Notes: generated from the sequence alone by a model not told the origin. Counted from the first letter of the whole stretch, positions 20,002 through 30,775 are shown. The stretch: DNA of 62,374 nucleotides, filler included, from 8 parts of 8 records of this genome joined end to end with filler, not necessarily neighbours in it; one strand, 5' to 3'. A program made the numbers and translations.

Positions 20002-22977
20002 TTGGTATTGAAGAAGTAGTTGCCATTGGATTTGGTGAAAGGAAAAAGAAGGACTTGACTGGTTCTGTTTCTTCAATAAATTCAGATGACCTTCAAAAAG
20101 CAAAATCTCTTTCTCCTCAGTTTGCACTGCAAGGAAATACATCGGGAGTTCGTATTGTTAATTCTAGTGGAGATCCTAACGAATCGCCAGAAATTTATAT
20201 ACGGGGAGTTGGTACTTGGAATGGTGATGCACAGCCCTTATATGTTATTGATGGACAAATTATTGAGCCTGCCCGGGCGGGAAATGAGGATGTAATTGCC
20301 GGATTTGGACTTTCAACTCCACCGAATTTATTTAATTTGATTAATCCAACTGATATTGAATCAATATCGGTTTTAAAAGATGCTTCTTCTGCTGCAATTT
20401 ATGGTAACAGAGGTGCAAATGGTGTAATTCTGATAACAACCAAAAAAGGAAAAAAAGGAGGAGCAAAACTTGAATTTAACTCCAGTTTTTCAATGCGCAA
20501 TATTCAGACATTTGATATGTTGAATACACAACAGTATGTAGATATAACCAATGAAATGTTTACGAATAATTTAAATCCGGATGTTAGTATTGAGAACCAG
20601 CTGTATGGAGGGGATCAGGATAGTGATGTAAATCGCTTAGTTAACCGTAGTCCTCAATTTAATCCTTCAAGTCCGTTTTATATTAACGATAGAACAACAT
20701 ATAACTGGCAGGATGAAATTATAAAGAACAATGCATTTTCTCAGACTTATGATATGAAAGTTTCAGGGGCAACCGAGAACATGGATTATTTTTTATCAGG
20801 TAGTTATTTAGATCAAGAAGACTTATTTCAAGGTAATGATTTAAAAAGATACACCGCATCTTTAAATGTAAATTCAAAAGTTTCAAACTGGTTAAAAGTA
20901 GGTATTAATTATAAATATACACGCCAGGTTTCTAATTTGTCAATGGACAGAAATCTCGCAGATGTAGCGGATGTTGCTCCCTGGCAACCTCTTTATAATG
21001 CAAACAATGAGTTTGGATATCAACCAGTACTTGATCCGTACTATGGCGGCGCTGATACATGGCATAGAGCAAAAATATACGGTCAGGGATCAAATGAAAA
21101 CTTTTTGGCAACTTCTGATATCAATTATGGCGAATTTGCCATCAGTCGTAACATTGGACAAGCCTATTTCGAAATCTACCCCCTGAAAGGTTTAACTTTA
21201 AGAGGTAGCTTGAATCTTGACTATGCACAACAAGACAGGATGCAACTTGATGTATTTTCTGAGGCCAATATATTTAAACCGGATGAAGACGACCCAAAAC
21301 TTGAAGCTCCTGATGCTGCAGGAAGTTTAGGTAGCCTTGGACACCGTGTAAATAAGATTCTTAATTACCAATCTGATTTTACAGCAACATATATTAAAAG
21401 CATTAATGAAGTTCATAATATAAATATTACTGCTGCGATACAAGATCAAAGGCACGAGAAAGAATGGGCTGATTATAATAGTAAGAATCTTATAACTATA
21501 ACTGATAATCCAAAGAGAGTCGGATACGGTGCCGATAATGCAAACAACGGTTCTATTTACTCACTGGAGCCAGCGTTATTGGTTTGGTATGGTAGGAAGG
21601 TTAAGCTATAATTACGACAGTAAATATTATGTTGACTTATCGGCCAGGAGAGATGCCAGCATGGGATTTGATGATGATTACCGTTGGGGTAACTTTTATT
21701 CTCTTAGTGGTTCATGGCGAATTAGCAGTGAAGAATTTATGCAAGATCTCATATTTATTGATGATTTAAAAATCAGAGGAGGTTGGGGAGAAGCTGGAAA
21801 TGATCAGGCTGTAGTTGGTAGTTACGCATACTTATCTGGAGTAAACACAGGTATTTCATCAGTAAGGTTTGGCTCGGGAGAAGGGGATCCCATTGGAAGT
21901 CAGATTTTAGGAGCAGTTGTGGCTGATCTTCCTAACCCACAGTTAACATGGGAGGTAGTTACAACTACATATGTTGGTTTTGATGCATTACTCCTTAATA
22001 ATCGCTTAAATGCAACTTTTGAATGGTATAACAGAAAAACAGATGGTATTTTAATGAATGTGGTATTACCCACATCCTCGGGTTTGAATAATCCTGTAGA
22101 TAATATCGGTGAACTTGTAAATAAAGGTGTAGATATCCAGTTAGGATGGAATGATAGAATCGGAGATTTTACTTACGGAATTTCTGGAAATATTAGTTTT
22201 CTTAACAATGAAGTAACTAAAGTATTTGAAGGAAGACCAATTGATTCACCTGATTTTGGCAGAGTAGAAGAAGGTCGGTCCTTAGGATTAATCTGGGGAT
22301 ATCAGGTAGGAGGAATCTTTCAGAGTCAATCAGAAATTGATGCATATTATGCATCTACTCCCGATGATCAAATTAGTAATATAGATTATGTCGCACCTGG
22401 AGATATGTATTTTCTTGATGTATATGGAAATCCAACGGATGAAGAACCTTTTTACAGCAAATCACCAGACGGTAAAATCAATAGTTATGACCAGACGGAG
22501 ATTGGCAATACCATTCCCGGGTATAATTATGGTTTAAATCTCAATTTGGGTTGGAAAGGATTTGATTTGTTTGCCGGATTTTACGGAGAAGGAGATGTAG
22601 ACAAATACAACACTGCAAGGGCAAGGTTTGAAAGTATGTCATCTCCAGGGGCAAACTATACTACTACCACACTTGACCGTTGGACTCCACAAAACATGAG
22701 TGCCACAATGCCACGTGCTGTTTATGGGGATCCTGCAGGGAATAACCGTTATTCAAGTCGTTATGTTGAGAGCGCTGCATTCTTTAGGTTAAACAACTGG
22801 CAGTTGGGGTATACTATTCCTAGACTACTTGTTGAGAAGCTTCAAATTAGTTCTTTAAGATTATATGTTGGGGGTCAGAATAATATATATATGAAAAATT
22901 GGTCAACCATTGATCCAGTTAACGATAATTACCCACTACCCAAAACTTTGACATTTGGTATAAATGCTAAGTTTTAA
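20002..22977 (+). CDS. susC: SusC/RagA TonB-dependent transporter, 5'-truncated, one frameshift near 21555-21565
   Basis: EEVVAIGFG..K.DLTGSV, PLYVIDG, DIESISVLKDASSAAIYG.RGANGVILITTK, LTWE and C-terminal GINAKF. The two track ORFs are one gene. Confidence 0.93.
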
Positions 22978-23001
22978 TAAAACTTCAAAATATAAGATAT
23001 T

Positions 23002-24582
23002 ATGAAAACAAATATAAAATCACTATCAATAATATTTCTTCTGATTTGCTTAGGAGCTTGCGATGTTAGTCTTGTTGATGAAGAACCTCTTGGTCCTACA
23101 GAAGCAAGTTATTTCACAACGGCAAATGAATTCAGGTCAGTACTTGCAGGTTCTTATGCTGCTTACTACGATTGGTACCACTATTCTGCACCTTCTTTTA
23201 ATCCAGGAGGTTATGTTACGGGTACATTTTTATTGCCAGCAGATGATTTGACCGAAACTCAGGGAACACGCACCGAAGTGGAACTTTTTGACGGGAGTTT
23301 AAATCCAGAACAAAACAGGATTACGTTTGTCTGGGATGCTTGCTATAAAGCAATATCAAGAGCAAATATTGTTATTGATAAAGTAAATACTATCGATTAT
23401 TCTGATTATGAAGAGGCATCTGAAATTACCTATATGGGAGGTGAAGCATTATTTTTAAGGGCTTATGCATATTTCACACTTTTCAACTTATTTGGAAGCT
23501 GTCCTGTAATTATTGATCGTCCGCAATCAATTGAAGATGCCCAACGTACGAAGGTGCCTGCTTATGACGTAATTACACAAGTAATAGAAGATGCAATGCT
23601 TGCTATAGATATACTACCAGATAGTTGGAGTGATGATTATGTCGGGAGAGTTACAAAAAATTCTGCAAGAGGTTTGCTTTTAAAAGCATTAGTATTCAGA
23701 GCTAATTATAATAACGATGATGCTGGTGATTTTCAAGAGGCCATTAGTGTGTTTAACTCAATGACTGCTTCCTTGACCTCTAATTTTATTAATAACTTCA
23801 ATGCATACACCGAAAACAATGAAGAATCATTATTTGAGATTCAAGGCTCACAGGCGAGTGCAATTAATAATCTTATCCTGCATAATGATGGACCATGGAG
23901 AGGTGTTGAGAACCTTAGTATCTTCAGAGGGTATATGATGGAACCCGGAGGAGGAGGTTTTAACGATTCCGGTACAAAGTTTTTAATAACTGAAAAATTG
24001 TTAAATGCGCATGGTACTGATCCAAGAATCAGTGTTTTTCTCAATCCTGATGATGGTTCAGATGGAAGAATTTTCCAGAAATACAATAAACCTGACGGTG
24101 TAAATCATTTCCCTCCGGTACATGGTGGCTCGTCAAATAATGAAAGACTTTTGCGTTATAGTGGTTCAATATCGCTTGTGGCTGAGGCCCATTTGAAAAC
24201 CGGTAATACTTCTGCTGCTGTACAACAATTGAATGACATAAGAAAAAGAGCCAGAGACTGGGCTGTTGCAGAGGGTTATGGAGATGGAAGTGTACCTGCG
24301 GATTATGATACCGGAGAATCGAATACTTCAACTATTATGCAATGGATTATGGATGAAAGGTTTATTGAGCATGCAGGAGAAGGACAACGCTGGTGGGACT
24401 TGAAGCGTTGGCATTCTAGTGGAGATGTTGATCTTACAGGCTGGGGAAGCGGTGTTGAACATTTTAGTACAAACCTCTCATCTCCGGTTCAGTTTGATGT
24501 AAACAAACATATATTATTTCCAATCCCTCAGGATGAGATTGATAATAATGCCAATATCACTGAAAATAACCCAGGTTATTAA
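23002..24582 (+). CDS. susD: SusD/RagB glycan-binding lipoprotein
   Basis: LGAC lipobox, GEALFLRAYAYF, ER.IE.AGEG.RWWDLKRW, PIPQ.EI and terminal NPGY. Confidence 0.95.
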   Translation: MKTNIKSLSIIFLLICLGACDVSLVDEEPLGPTEASYFTTANEFRSVLAGSYAAYYDWYHYSAPSFNPGGYVTGTFLLPADDLTETQGTRTEVELFDGSLNPEQNRITFVWDACYKAISRANIVIDKVNTIDYSDYEEASEITYMGGEALFLRAYAYFTLFNLFGSCPVIIDRPQSIEDAQRTKVPAYDVITQVIEDAMLAIDILPDSWSDDYVGRVTKNSARGLLLKALVFRANYNNDDAGDFQEAISVFNSMTASLTSNFINNFNAYTENNEESLFEIQGSQASAINNLILHNDGPWRGVENLSIFRGYMMEPGGGGFNDSGTKFLITEKLLNAHGTDPRISVFLNPDDGSDGRIFQKYNKPDGVNHFPPVHGGSSNNERLLRYSGSISLVAEAHLKTGNTSAAVQQLNDIRKRARDWAVAEGYGDGSVPADYDTGESNTSTIMQWIMDERFIEHAGEGQRWWDLKRWHSSGDVDLTGWGSGVEHFSTNLSSPVQFDVNKHILFPIPQDEIDNNANITENNPGY

Positions 24583-24596
24583 TTAATAAATAGATT

Positions 24597-24626
24597 TTTA
24601 AGAGCGGAGGAAACTTCGCTCTTAAA
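24597..24626 (+). terminator. Hairpin after susD
   Basis: TTTAAGAGCGGAG-GAAA-CTTCGCTCTTAAA with a GNRA loop. Confidence 0.65.
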
Positions 24627-24745
24627 TTACTTGATGAATAGGCTACTCTTAGTCAGCTTTAATGGGCGTATATTGCTTAAATTTAATAATATATGTATTT
24701 CATTAAATGTGTAATTTGCAAGGTAAATCCCACACAATTTAAACA

Positions 24746-25812
24746 ATGAAACAATTAACTTTTCTTTCCTTCTTCTTCTTCTTCTTTCTGGTACTATATC
24801 TACAAGCACAAGTATCAGTTGAAAATCTAAAATGTGAAAATAAATATCAACCTTTAGGTCTGGATGCAGAACAACCTCGTTTCAGTTGGCAATTATCAAG
24901 TAACGAGAGAGGAGTAACTCAATCTGCTTATGAAATTCAAATTGCAATAGATGAGAACTTTAAAGACATAGTGTGGAATAGTGGTAAAAAACTATCTCCT
25001 CAATCTGTTTATGTGAAATATGCAGGTTCGAAATTAGCATCGAACTCCACCTATTATTGGAAAGTTAGGGTTTGGGACAATCAAAATAAAAAATCCCAAT
25101 GGAGTAGCATAAATTATTTCCATATTGGATATTTAAGCCAGGAAAATTGGAAAGCAGATTGGATAGCCAATGAAAGCAGATTGGATAGTTTCTCAAGTCC
25201 ATATTTCAGAAAAGAATTTATAATTAAAAAGAAGATTAAGTCCGCTTATGCATATGTTTCGAGTCTCGGTATCTATGAAGCCTGGATGAACGGAGAGCGT
25301 ATAGGAAATGCTTATTTTACTCCGGGCTGGACGAATTATAATAAAAGAATTCAGTATAAGGTTTATGATGTTTCTAAGTCACTAAAAACGGGGACAAATA
25401 CAATTGGTGCCATTCTTGGTAATGGCTGGTTTAAAGGGAAAATAGTAAATAAAGGACTTTACACCAAGCATTATTCCAATGAACTATGCTTAATAGCCCA
25501 GCTGGAAATTGAGTTTGCCGATGGCACTTCCCAGACAATAATATCCGATAAATCATGGGAAACTTCAAAAGGTCCAGTTAAATATGCCGATATTTTTAAC
25601 GGTGAAACTTATGATGCCAGAGATGAACTAAAGGGATGGGATACCGCTGAATATGATAATTCCGATTGGAAACCTGTTACAGTAACAAAAATTGAAAAGA
25701 AGAATTTAACTGCAACGGTGAATGAATTAGTGCAAAAACACGAAGCAATTTCTCCTGTTGCTGTTATCGATTCTCCCAATGGCGAAAAGATACTGGATTT
25801 TGGTCAAAACCT
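24746..25812 (+). CDS. GH78 alpha-L-rhamnosidase, N-terminal part
   Basis: Signal peptide, PLGLD..PRFSW, FRKEF, LGIYE, PGWTNY.KR.QY, GETYDAR and DFGQN. Confidence 0.9.
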
Positions 25813-25912
25813 NNNNNNNNNNNNNNNNNNNNNNNNNNNNNNNNNNNNNNNNNNNNTTAATTAATTAANNNNNNNNNNNNNNNNNNNNNNNNNNNNNNNN
25901 NNNNNNNNNNNN
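25813..25912. other. Artificial contig linker
   Basis: N44-TTAATTAATTAA-N44. Confidence 0.99.
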
Positions 25913-25938
25913 GATTGCCGCGCTTCGCTCGCAATGAC
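25913..25938. repeat. REP-like palindromic element at the contig start
   Basis: GATTGCCGCGCTTCGCTCGCAATGAC has the same GAT...ATGAC ends as the repeats at 26829-27038 and 35787-35886. Confidence 0.7.
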
Positions 25939-25955
25939 AAAGGTTAGGAGTAAAT

Positions 25956-26717
25956 ATGGCAGACCGAAATGAAGTTATAAATTTTCTAAATGACAAACTT
26001 TCTATATCTGAAATTTCAGACAGTTCAAATAATGGCCTGCAGATTCAAGGCGTATCTGATGTTAAGAAGGTTGGTTTAGCGGTTGACGCATGCCTTGCTT
26101 CCTATGAAAAGGCAATTGATGCAGGCTGCCAGATGCTCGTTGTTCACCACGGTTTGATTTGGAAGGGTTTGGATTTTGTTACTGGAAGAAACTATAACCA
26201 TATTAAATGCTTAATTGACAATAATCTCAACCTATATGCAGCTCATCTTCCATTAGATATGCATGATGATTTAGGTAATAATATTGAGCTTTCAAGAATT
26301 CTAAATCTAAAATCGGTTGAACCTTTTGGAAACTATAAAGGAACAAATATCGGTTTTGTAGGCAATTTAAAGAATCCAATGTCAATTGAAGAGTTGTCAG
26401 ATGCTATTCAGGCAAACCTTGGTGGAAAATCTCAAGTCTTGCCTTTTGGAAAGCCAGAAAACACTAAGATTGCAATTGTCTCAGGTGGAGCCTCTGATTT
26501 GGTTTCCGAAGCGATAGAAAAAGGTGTCGATTGTTTTATTACAGGTGAAGGAAATCATTCAGACTATCATGTTGCCAAAGAGGCTGGCATTAACGTGATC
26601 TACTTAGGACACTATCACTCAGAACAGCTAGGCGTAAAAGCTTTGGGTCGTCTGCTTGCCAAAAAATTCAATCTAGAAACAATCTATTTGGATGAACCCC
26701 CAATCACCGAATTGTAA
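25956..26717 (+). CDS. Nif3/YbgI (DUF34) dinuclear metal-centre protein
   Basis: NGLQ, VHHG, HLPLD.H..LGNN, FITGE and GHY.SE. Confidence 0.93.
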   Translation: MADRNEVINFLNDKLSISEISDSSNNGLQIQGVSDVKKVGLAVDACLASYEKAIDAGCQMLVVHHGLIWKGLDFVTGRNYNHIKCLIDNNLNLYAAHLPLDMHDDLGNNIELSRILNLKSVEPFGNYKGTNIGFVGNLKNPMSIEELSDAIQANLGGKSQVLPFGKPENTKIAIVSGGASDLVSEAIEKGVDCFITGEGNHSDYHVAKEAGINVIYLGHYHSEQLGVKALGRLLAKKFNLETIYLDEPPITEL

Positions 26718-26826
26718 ATAGTGAGTAGTGAATCGTTAATAATATTCAAAAATAGTATTGTGGATAATAGTCTTAGGCCTTGTAGAGAAGCCTAATCGTA
26801 ATTCATAAATAAGACATATTAACGTA

Positions 26827-27038
26827 TTGTCATTCCTGCGAAGGCAGGAATCTCGTGTATGCAGTGCTGTCATCCTGGACCTGCGTGCCAGCCTTTGGAG
26901 AGATCTGGAATCCAGGAAATATAGTTGCTTTGTCTGGATTCCTGCCTTCGCAGGAATGACAAGATCCTCAGACTGCCGCACCTGTCATCCTCGGGCTCCG
27001 ACACGAGGATGACGTCAAAGCGATTCACAGGAATGACA
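26827..27038. repeat. Cluster of REP-like palindromes (BIME-like)
   Basis: GTCATTCCTGCGAAGGCAGGAATC at 26829-26852 and its exact reverse complement at 26937-26960, with a nested GTCATCCTGGAC unit. Hairpin GTCATCCTCG..CGAGGATGAC at 26984-27013; partial CAGGAATGACA at 27028-27038. Confidence 0.9.
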
Positions 27039-27082
27039 AACATGGAAGTTCGAAACGATATAATAATATTCAAACTTTTTAT

Positions 27083-27111
27083 TTGACAAGCGTGTACTTA
27101 TGTACTAGTAC
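27083..27111 (+). promoter_or_regulatory. trpR promoter with an overlapping TrpR-type operator
   Basis: TTGACA at 27083-27088. The 18-bp GTACT-N8-AGTAC (27094-27111) has the architecture of the E. coli trp operators and covers the -10 position. Confidence 0.75.
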
Positions 27112-27119
27112 GTATCTTC

Positions 27120-27398
27120 ATGGAAGATGGTTGGAGAAAAGAACTCAATAAATTATTTGCCTCGACAAAGTCCAAAAAAGAGGTCGACGAGCTTTTACAG
27201 GCAATATTGACTCCAACTGAATATGAAGAAATTGTAAAACGATGGCAGATTGTTAAATTGCTAATCGAAGAGGTCCCTCAACGTCAAATAAGAGATGAAT
27301 TGTCAGTCTCCATTGCGACGGTAACAAGAGGAGCTAGAGAGATCAAACATGGTACAGGAGTTTTTCAAAAATATTACAAAAGGCTCTATTCAAGCTAG
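27120..27398 (+). CDS. trpR: Trp repressor-family transcriptional regulator
   Basis: LTP.E...I..R..I, QR.I..EL.VSIAT.TRG; residues equivalent to E. coli T44, R54 and R84 are present. Confidence 0.85.
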   Translation: MEDGWRKELNKLFASTKSKKEVDELLQAILTPTEYEEIVKRWQIVKLLIEEVPQRQIRDELSVSIATVTRGAREIKHGTGVFQKYYKRLYSS

Positions 27399-27557
27399 GG
27401 CATTCCTGTATCAAAATTTCTGGAACAATTCTATTTCTTGGCTGGCTCTGCGCCAGCTATAATCATTGAGTAAGCGTTTTAAAACGCTATCAGTCTATAT
27501 TTTTAATTAAATTCAAAAAACAATTTCATAAAAATTGTTATAAAAAAGGAGAACGTT

Positions 27558-28154
27558 ATGTCGTTACCAACAGTAGGGCAAGAAATAGAAAGAGTTGCCC
27601 AATTTTATAAAGAGGAACCAAATCAAATAGAGTCTAAATTGTCATCTAAAGATTTCTTAGCTGAACTTACCATGAGGGCGGCCGCAAGGCCTTGTTTGTT
27701 AGTTTTAGATGTCTCATGCTATGAGGAGGTTTCAACTGAATATCAGAAAAATCCAGATCGATTCTTTGCAACTCGTTTGGGTAGCGAAGGTTCGTTTGTG
27801 CGAAATTTCTCAGAGAAAATATCACAGGTTATGTTTGCAATTGCAAATCAGCATAAAGGTTCTGATGAAGTTTTTGATCAGAACTCTGGTTACGCCAAGG
27901 CTTTAGGTAGATTGAATGTCTTCGTCCAGGGGCCGTTGAGTAGTATAAGTAGTGCGCGTGCTAGATCAGGTGTTTGTGAAGGGCTGCCTTTTGAATTTCA
28001 TGGAGTTGCAGTCTGTGCAAATTTATTAGATGGAATAGATGTTTTTTATAATTTATGTGTAGATCACGCTATTGATCAATTCATGTCTGAAAAGTCAATT
28101 GCAGGCTCTTACTTATCGCTTGAAGCAAGAGGCTGTTTTACACCCATTCCATAA
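27558..28154 (+). CDS. Hypothetical protein, no recognisable family
   Basis: 198-aa ORF with AAGGAG ribosome site and its own terminator. Confidence 0.7.
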   Translation: MSLPTVGQEIERVAQFYKEEPNQIESKLSSKDFLAELTMRAAARPCLLVLDVSCYEEVSTEYQKNPDRFFATRLGSEGSFVRNFSEKISQVMFAIANQHKGSDEVFDQNSGYAKALGRLNVFVQGPLSSISSARARSGVCEGLPFEFHGVAVCANLLDGIDVFYNLCVDHAIDQFMSEKSIAGSYLSLEARGCFTPIP

Positions 28155-28185
28155 TGAATTCTAAAATTGCTTAGTTGTAAGAGTG

Positions 28186-28218
28186 TGGGGTGGGCTGCAT
28201 TGCCCACCCCATTTTTTT
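28186..28218 (+). terminator. Rho-independent terminator
   Basis: TGGGGTGGGC-tgcatt-GCCCACCCCA followed by T7. Confidence 0.9.
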
Positions 28219-28348
28219 GTCACCTACGTACTTAGTTTTATTGTGTTTTCAACTCATAATCATTTGTTAGAGCTAGATCATAGATTATAGTCTTCGACCT
28301 TGTGGAGAAGCCTACCGATGCTTCCTTTACGTACTTATTTCACAAATC

Positions 28349-28377
28349 TTGACACTATTCTGGGGCCCTGATATGTT
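28349..28377 (+). promoter_or_regulatory. Sigma70 promoter of the kdd-kam operon
   Basis: TTGACA-N17-TATGTT with an extended TGn. Confidence 0.7.
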
Positions 28378-28436
28378 CTGGCGATTAATATTAATCTAAC
28401 TTATTTTCTAGTAATATCAAATGTTTAGGAGGTTTT

Positions 28437-29477
28437 ATGGGTGACTATAGAAAAGGTGGGGATGTTCTTGGAAGACACAGAGTTATTAAGCCAGAAGGGG
28501 CGCTTCCTCAGGCTGCAACGAAGGTCGATAACTCTTTACCAATGTACGATAACGAGATTTTAATTGATGTAGATACTCTCAATATCGATTCAGCAAGTTT
28601 TAGGCAGATGAAAGAGGCTGCTGGCGATTTGGCTGGAATTATTGATCAGGTAAAGACAAATATTTCTGAAATGGGTAAGCAGCATAACCCAGTAACAGGT
28701 TCTGGTGGAATGCTTTTGGGTCGCGTTGCTGACATGGGTCCAAACTACACTAATAAATGTAACGTCAAAGTTGGCGATCCAATTTGCTCATTGGTTTCCC
28801 TAACACTTACCCCCTTAATTGTTGAAAAGTTCAAAGGTGTACGTGAAACTGAGCAGATCGATGTTGAGGGTAAGGCAATTCTGTTTGATAGTGGCGTTCT
28901 TGCTAAGATTCCAGAAGATATAAATCTCAATGTTGCACTAGCTTTACTTGATGTTGCAGGTGCTCCTCCACAGGCTGATCGTTTGGTAAAAGAAGGAATG
29001 AATGTTTTGGTTATTGGTGGTGGAAAATCCGGAATCTTGTGCGCAGCAGTTGCCAGAGAAAAAATTGGTAATGGCAAAATATTTGGTTGTGCAACTCGCC
29101 CAGCAAGTGTTGAAACTTTTAGTTCGCTTGGAGTTCTAGATGAATGTTTTCAGGCAGACGCTCTACGCCCAGGCGAGTTTATGGATAAAGTAAAAGACGT
29201 AACTAAAGGTGAGATGGTTGACCTTGTTATCAATACCGCAAACGTTGAAGGTACAGAAGCCGCTTCTGTTCTTGCTTGCAAGCAGGGTGGAAAAGTCTAT
29301 TTCTTCAATATGGCAACAAACTTCCAGAAAGCAGCTCTTGGTGCAGAAGGTGTTGGGTATGACGTTGATATGATTATTGGTAACGGCTATGCTCCAAATC
29401 ATGCTGAGTTCACGCTAGATGTTTATAGAAAAAATGAAGTAGTTAAAAATTGGTTTGATAAAAAATTTCATAAATAA
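28437..29477 (+). CDS. kdd: L-erythro-3,5-diaminohexanoate dehydrogenase
   Basis: HRV..P.G.LPQAA, LNIDSASF, KQHNPVTGSGG, LDVAGAP and AALGAEG; adjacent to kam genes. Confidence 0.93.
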   Translation: MGDYRKGGDVLGRHRVIKPEGALPQAATKVDNSLPMYDNEILIDVDTLNIDSASFRQMKEAAGDLAGIIDQVKTNISEMGKQHNPVTGSGGMLLGRVADMGPNYTNKCNVKVGDPICSLVSLTLTPLIVEKFKGVRETEQIDVEGKAILFDSGVLAKIPEDINLNVALALLDVAGAPPQADRLVKEGMNVLVIGGGKSGILCAAVAREKIGNGKIFGCATRPASVETFSSLGVLDECFQADALRPGEFMDKVKDVTKGEMVDLVINTANVEGTEAASVLACKQGGKVYFFNMATNFQKAALGAEGVGYDVDMIIGNGYAPNHAEFTLDVYRKNEVVKNWFDKKFHK

Positions 29478-29506
29478 ATTTTTAAGTTATAGATGAAAGG
29501 CCCTAT

Positions 29507-30775
29507 ATGAAAGTCGATACAAGTAAGCCAGATTATTATAAACATATAGATATTTGGAAAGACGTTTCCGTAGACGATTGGAATGATTGGAAGTGGCAGC
29601 TCAAGAACTCAGTGCACAATCTTGAAGATCTTGAGAAAGTTATTAAGCTGACTGACCAAGAGAAGAAAGATATTGCTGAAGCACAGAAAGAATCAAAGTT
29701 TGCCGCTACTCCATACTATCTGTCTTTAATTGACCAAGATAATTCAGAATGTCCAATCAAGATGCAGGCGATTCCAACAATTGGTGAAATCGAGAAGGCA
29801 GATGCTGATATTTACGATCCTCTTGGCGAGGATAGTGATTCTCCTGTTCCAAGACTTGTTCATCGCTACCCAGATCGCGTTCTATTTTTGGTTAGTGAAA
29901 TTTGTAGTATGTATTGCCGTTTCTGCACAAGAAGAAGAATGGTGCTCGATAAAACAGAAGATCAGCTATCAGCAGAGTTTGAAAAATGTGTAGCCTATAT
30001 AAGAGATCATAAAGAGGTCAGAGATGTGATTCTCTCAGGTGGCGATGCCTTAATGCTTGATTTTGATATTCTAGATCGCTTGATGAATGAAATCAGAAAG
30101 ATTAAACATGTCGAGATCATTCGTGTTGCTTCAAGAACTCCTTGTGTCTTTCCTCAGAGAGTAACCGATGAAGTTGTGAATATAATCAAAAAATATAAGC
30201 CCGTCTATTTTATGACTCATTTTAGTCATCCATATGAAGTGACACCTCAAGCAATTGAAGCTTGTCAGAAAATTGCCGATGCTGGTATTCCAATAATGGA
30301 TCAGACCGTTCTTCTAAGAAAGATCAATAGTTCTCCATATGTGATGAAGAAGTTGATGCATAAACTTTTGGTTGCCGGCGTGAAGCCTTACTATATCTAT
30401 CAATGTGATTTGGCTGAGGGGATTGAACATTTCAGAACTCCAGTTGGTAAGGGCCTCGAAATTATGGAATATCTTCGCGGCCATACTTCAGGACTGGCCT
30501 TGCCAACATTTGTTTTAGATGCCCCAGGTGGCGGCGGAAAAATTCCGATTATGCCTAACTATCTTTTAACGCAGACTTCAGAGAGAGCTGTCGTGAGAAA
30601 TTATAGAGGAATGATGAGTGCGTATACAAACCCAACAGACATTAATTGTGATTGTTCGACAGAAGAAGATGTTAAAAAGGGTATGATTAAAGAATCGAAG
30701 AAGGGATTAGCTTACTATGAACTTGTTAAGGGTGAAAAGTTTAAGCTCGAGCCTAAGATTGAAGGAGAAGATTGA
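29507..30775 (+). CDS. kamA: Lysine 2,3-aminomutase (radical SAM, PLP)
   Basis: HRYPDR, CSMYCRFCTRRR, LRGHTSG and DAPGGGGKIP. Confidence 0.95.
   Translation: MKVDTSKPDYYKHIDIWKDVSVDDWNDWKWQLKNSVHNLEDLEKVIKLTDQEKKDIAEAQKESKFAATPYYLSLIDQDNSECPIKMQAIPTIGEIEKADADIYDPLGEDSDSPVPRLVHRYPDRVLFLVSEICSMYCRFCTRRRMVLDKTEDQLSAEFEKCVAYIRDHKEVRDVILSGGDALMLDFDILDRLMNEIRKIKHVEIIRVASRTPCVFPQRVTDEVVNIIKKYKPVYFMTHFSHPYEVTPQAIEACQKIADAGIPIMDQTVLLRKINSSPYVMKKLMHKLLVAGVKPYYIYQCDLAEGIEHFRTPVGKGLEIMEYLRGHTSGLALPTFVLDAPGGGGKIPIMPNYLLTQTSERAVVRNYRGMMSAYTNPTDINCDCSTEEDVKKGMIKESKKGLAYYELVKGEKFKLEPKIEGED

Noticed and set aside
26827-27038. CRISPR array
   Set aside because: The units are inverted, nested and heterogeneous, with no regular spacers and no cas genes.
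26736-27073. ORFs 26736-26981, 26827-27012 and 26870-27073 (VIPAKAGIQ, SFLRRQES)
   Set aside because: They are translations of the REP-like palindromes, with no ribosome site or protein-like character.
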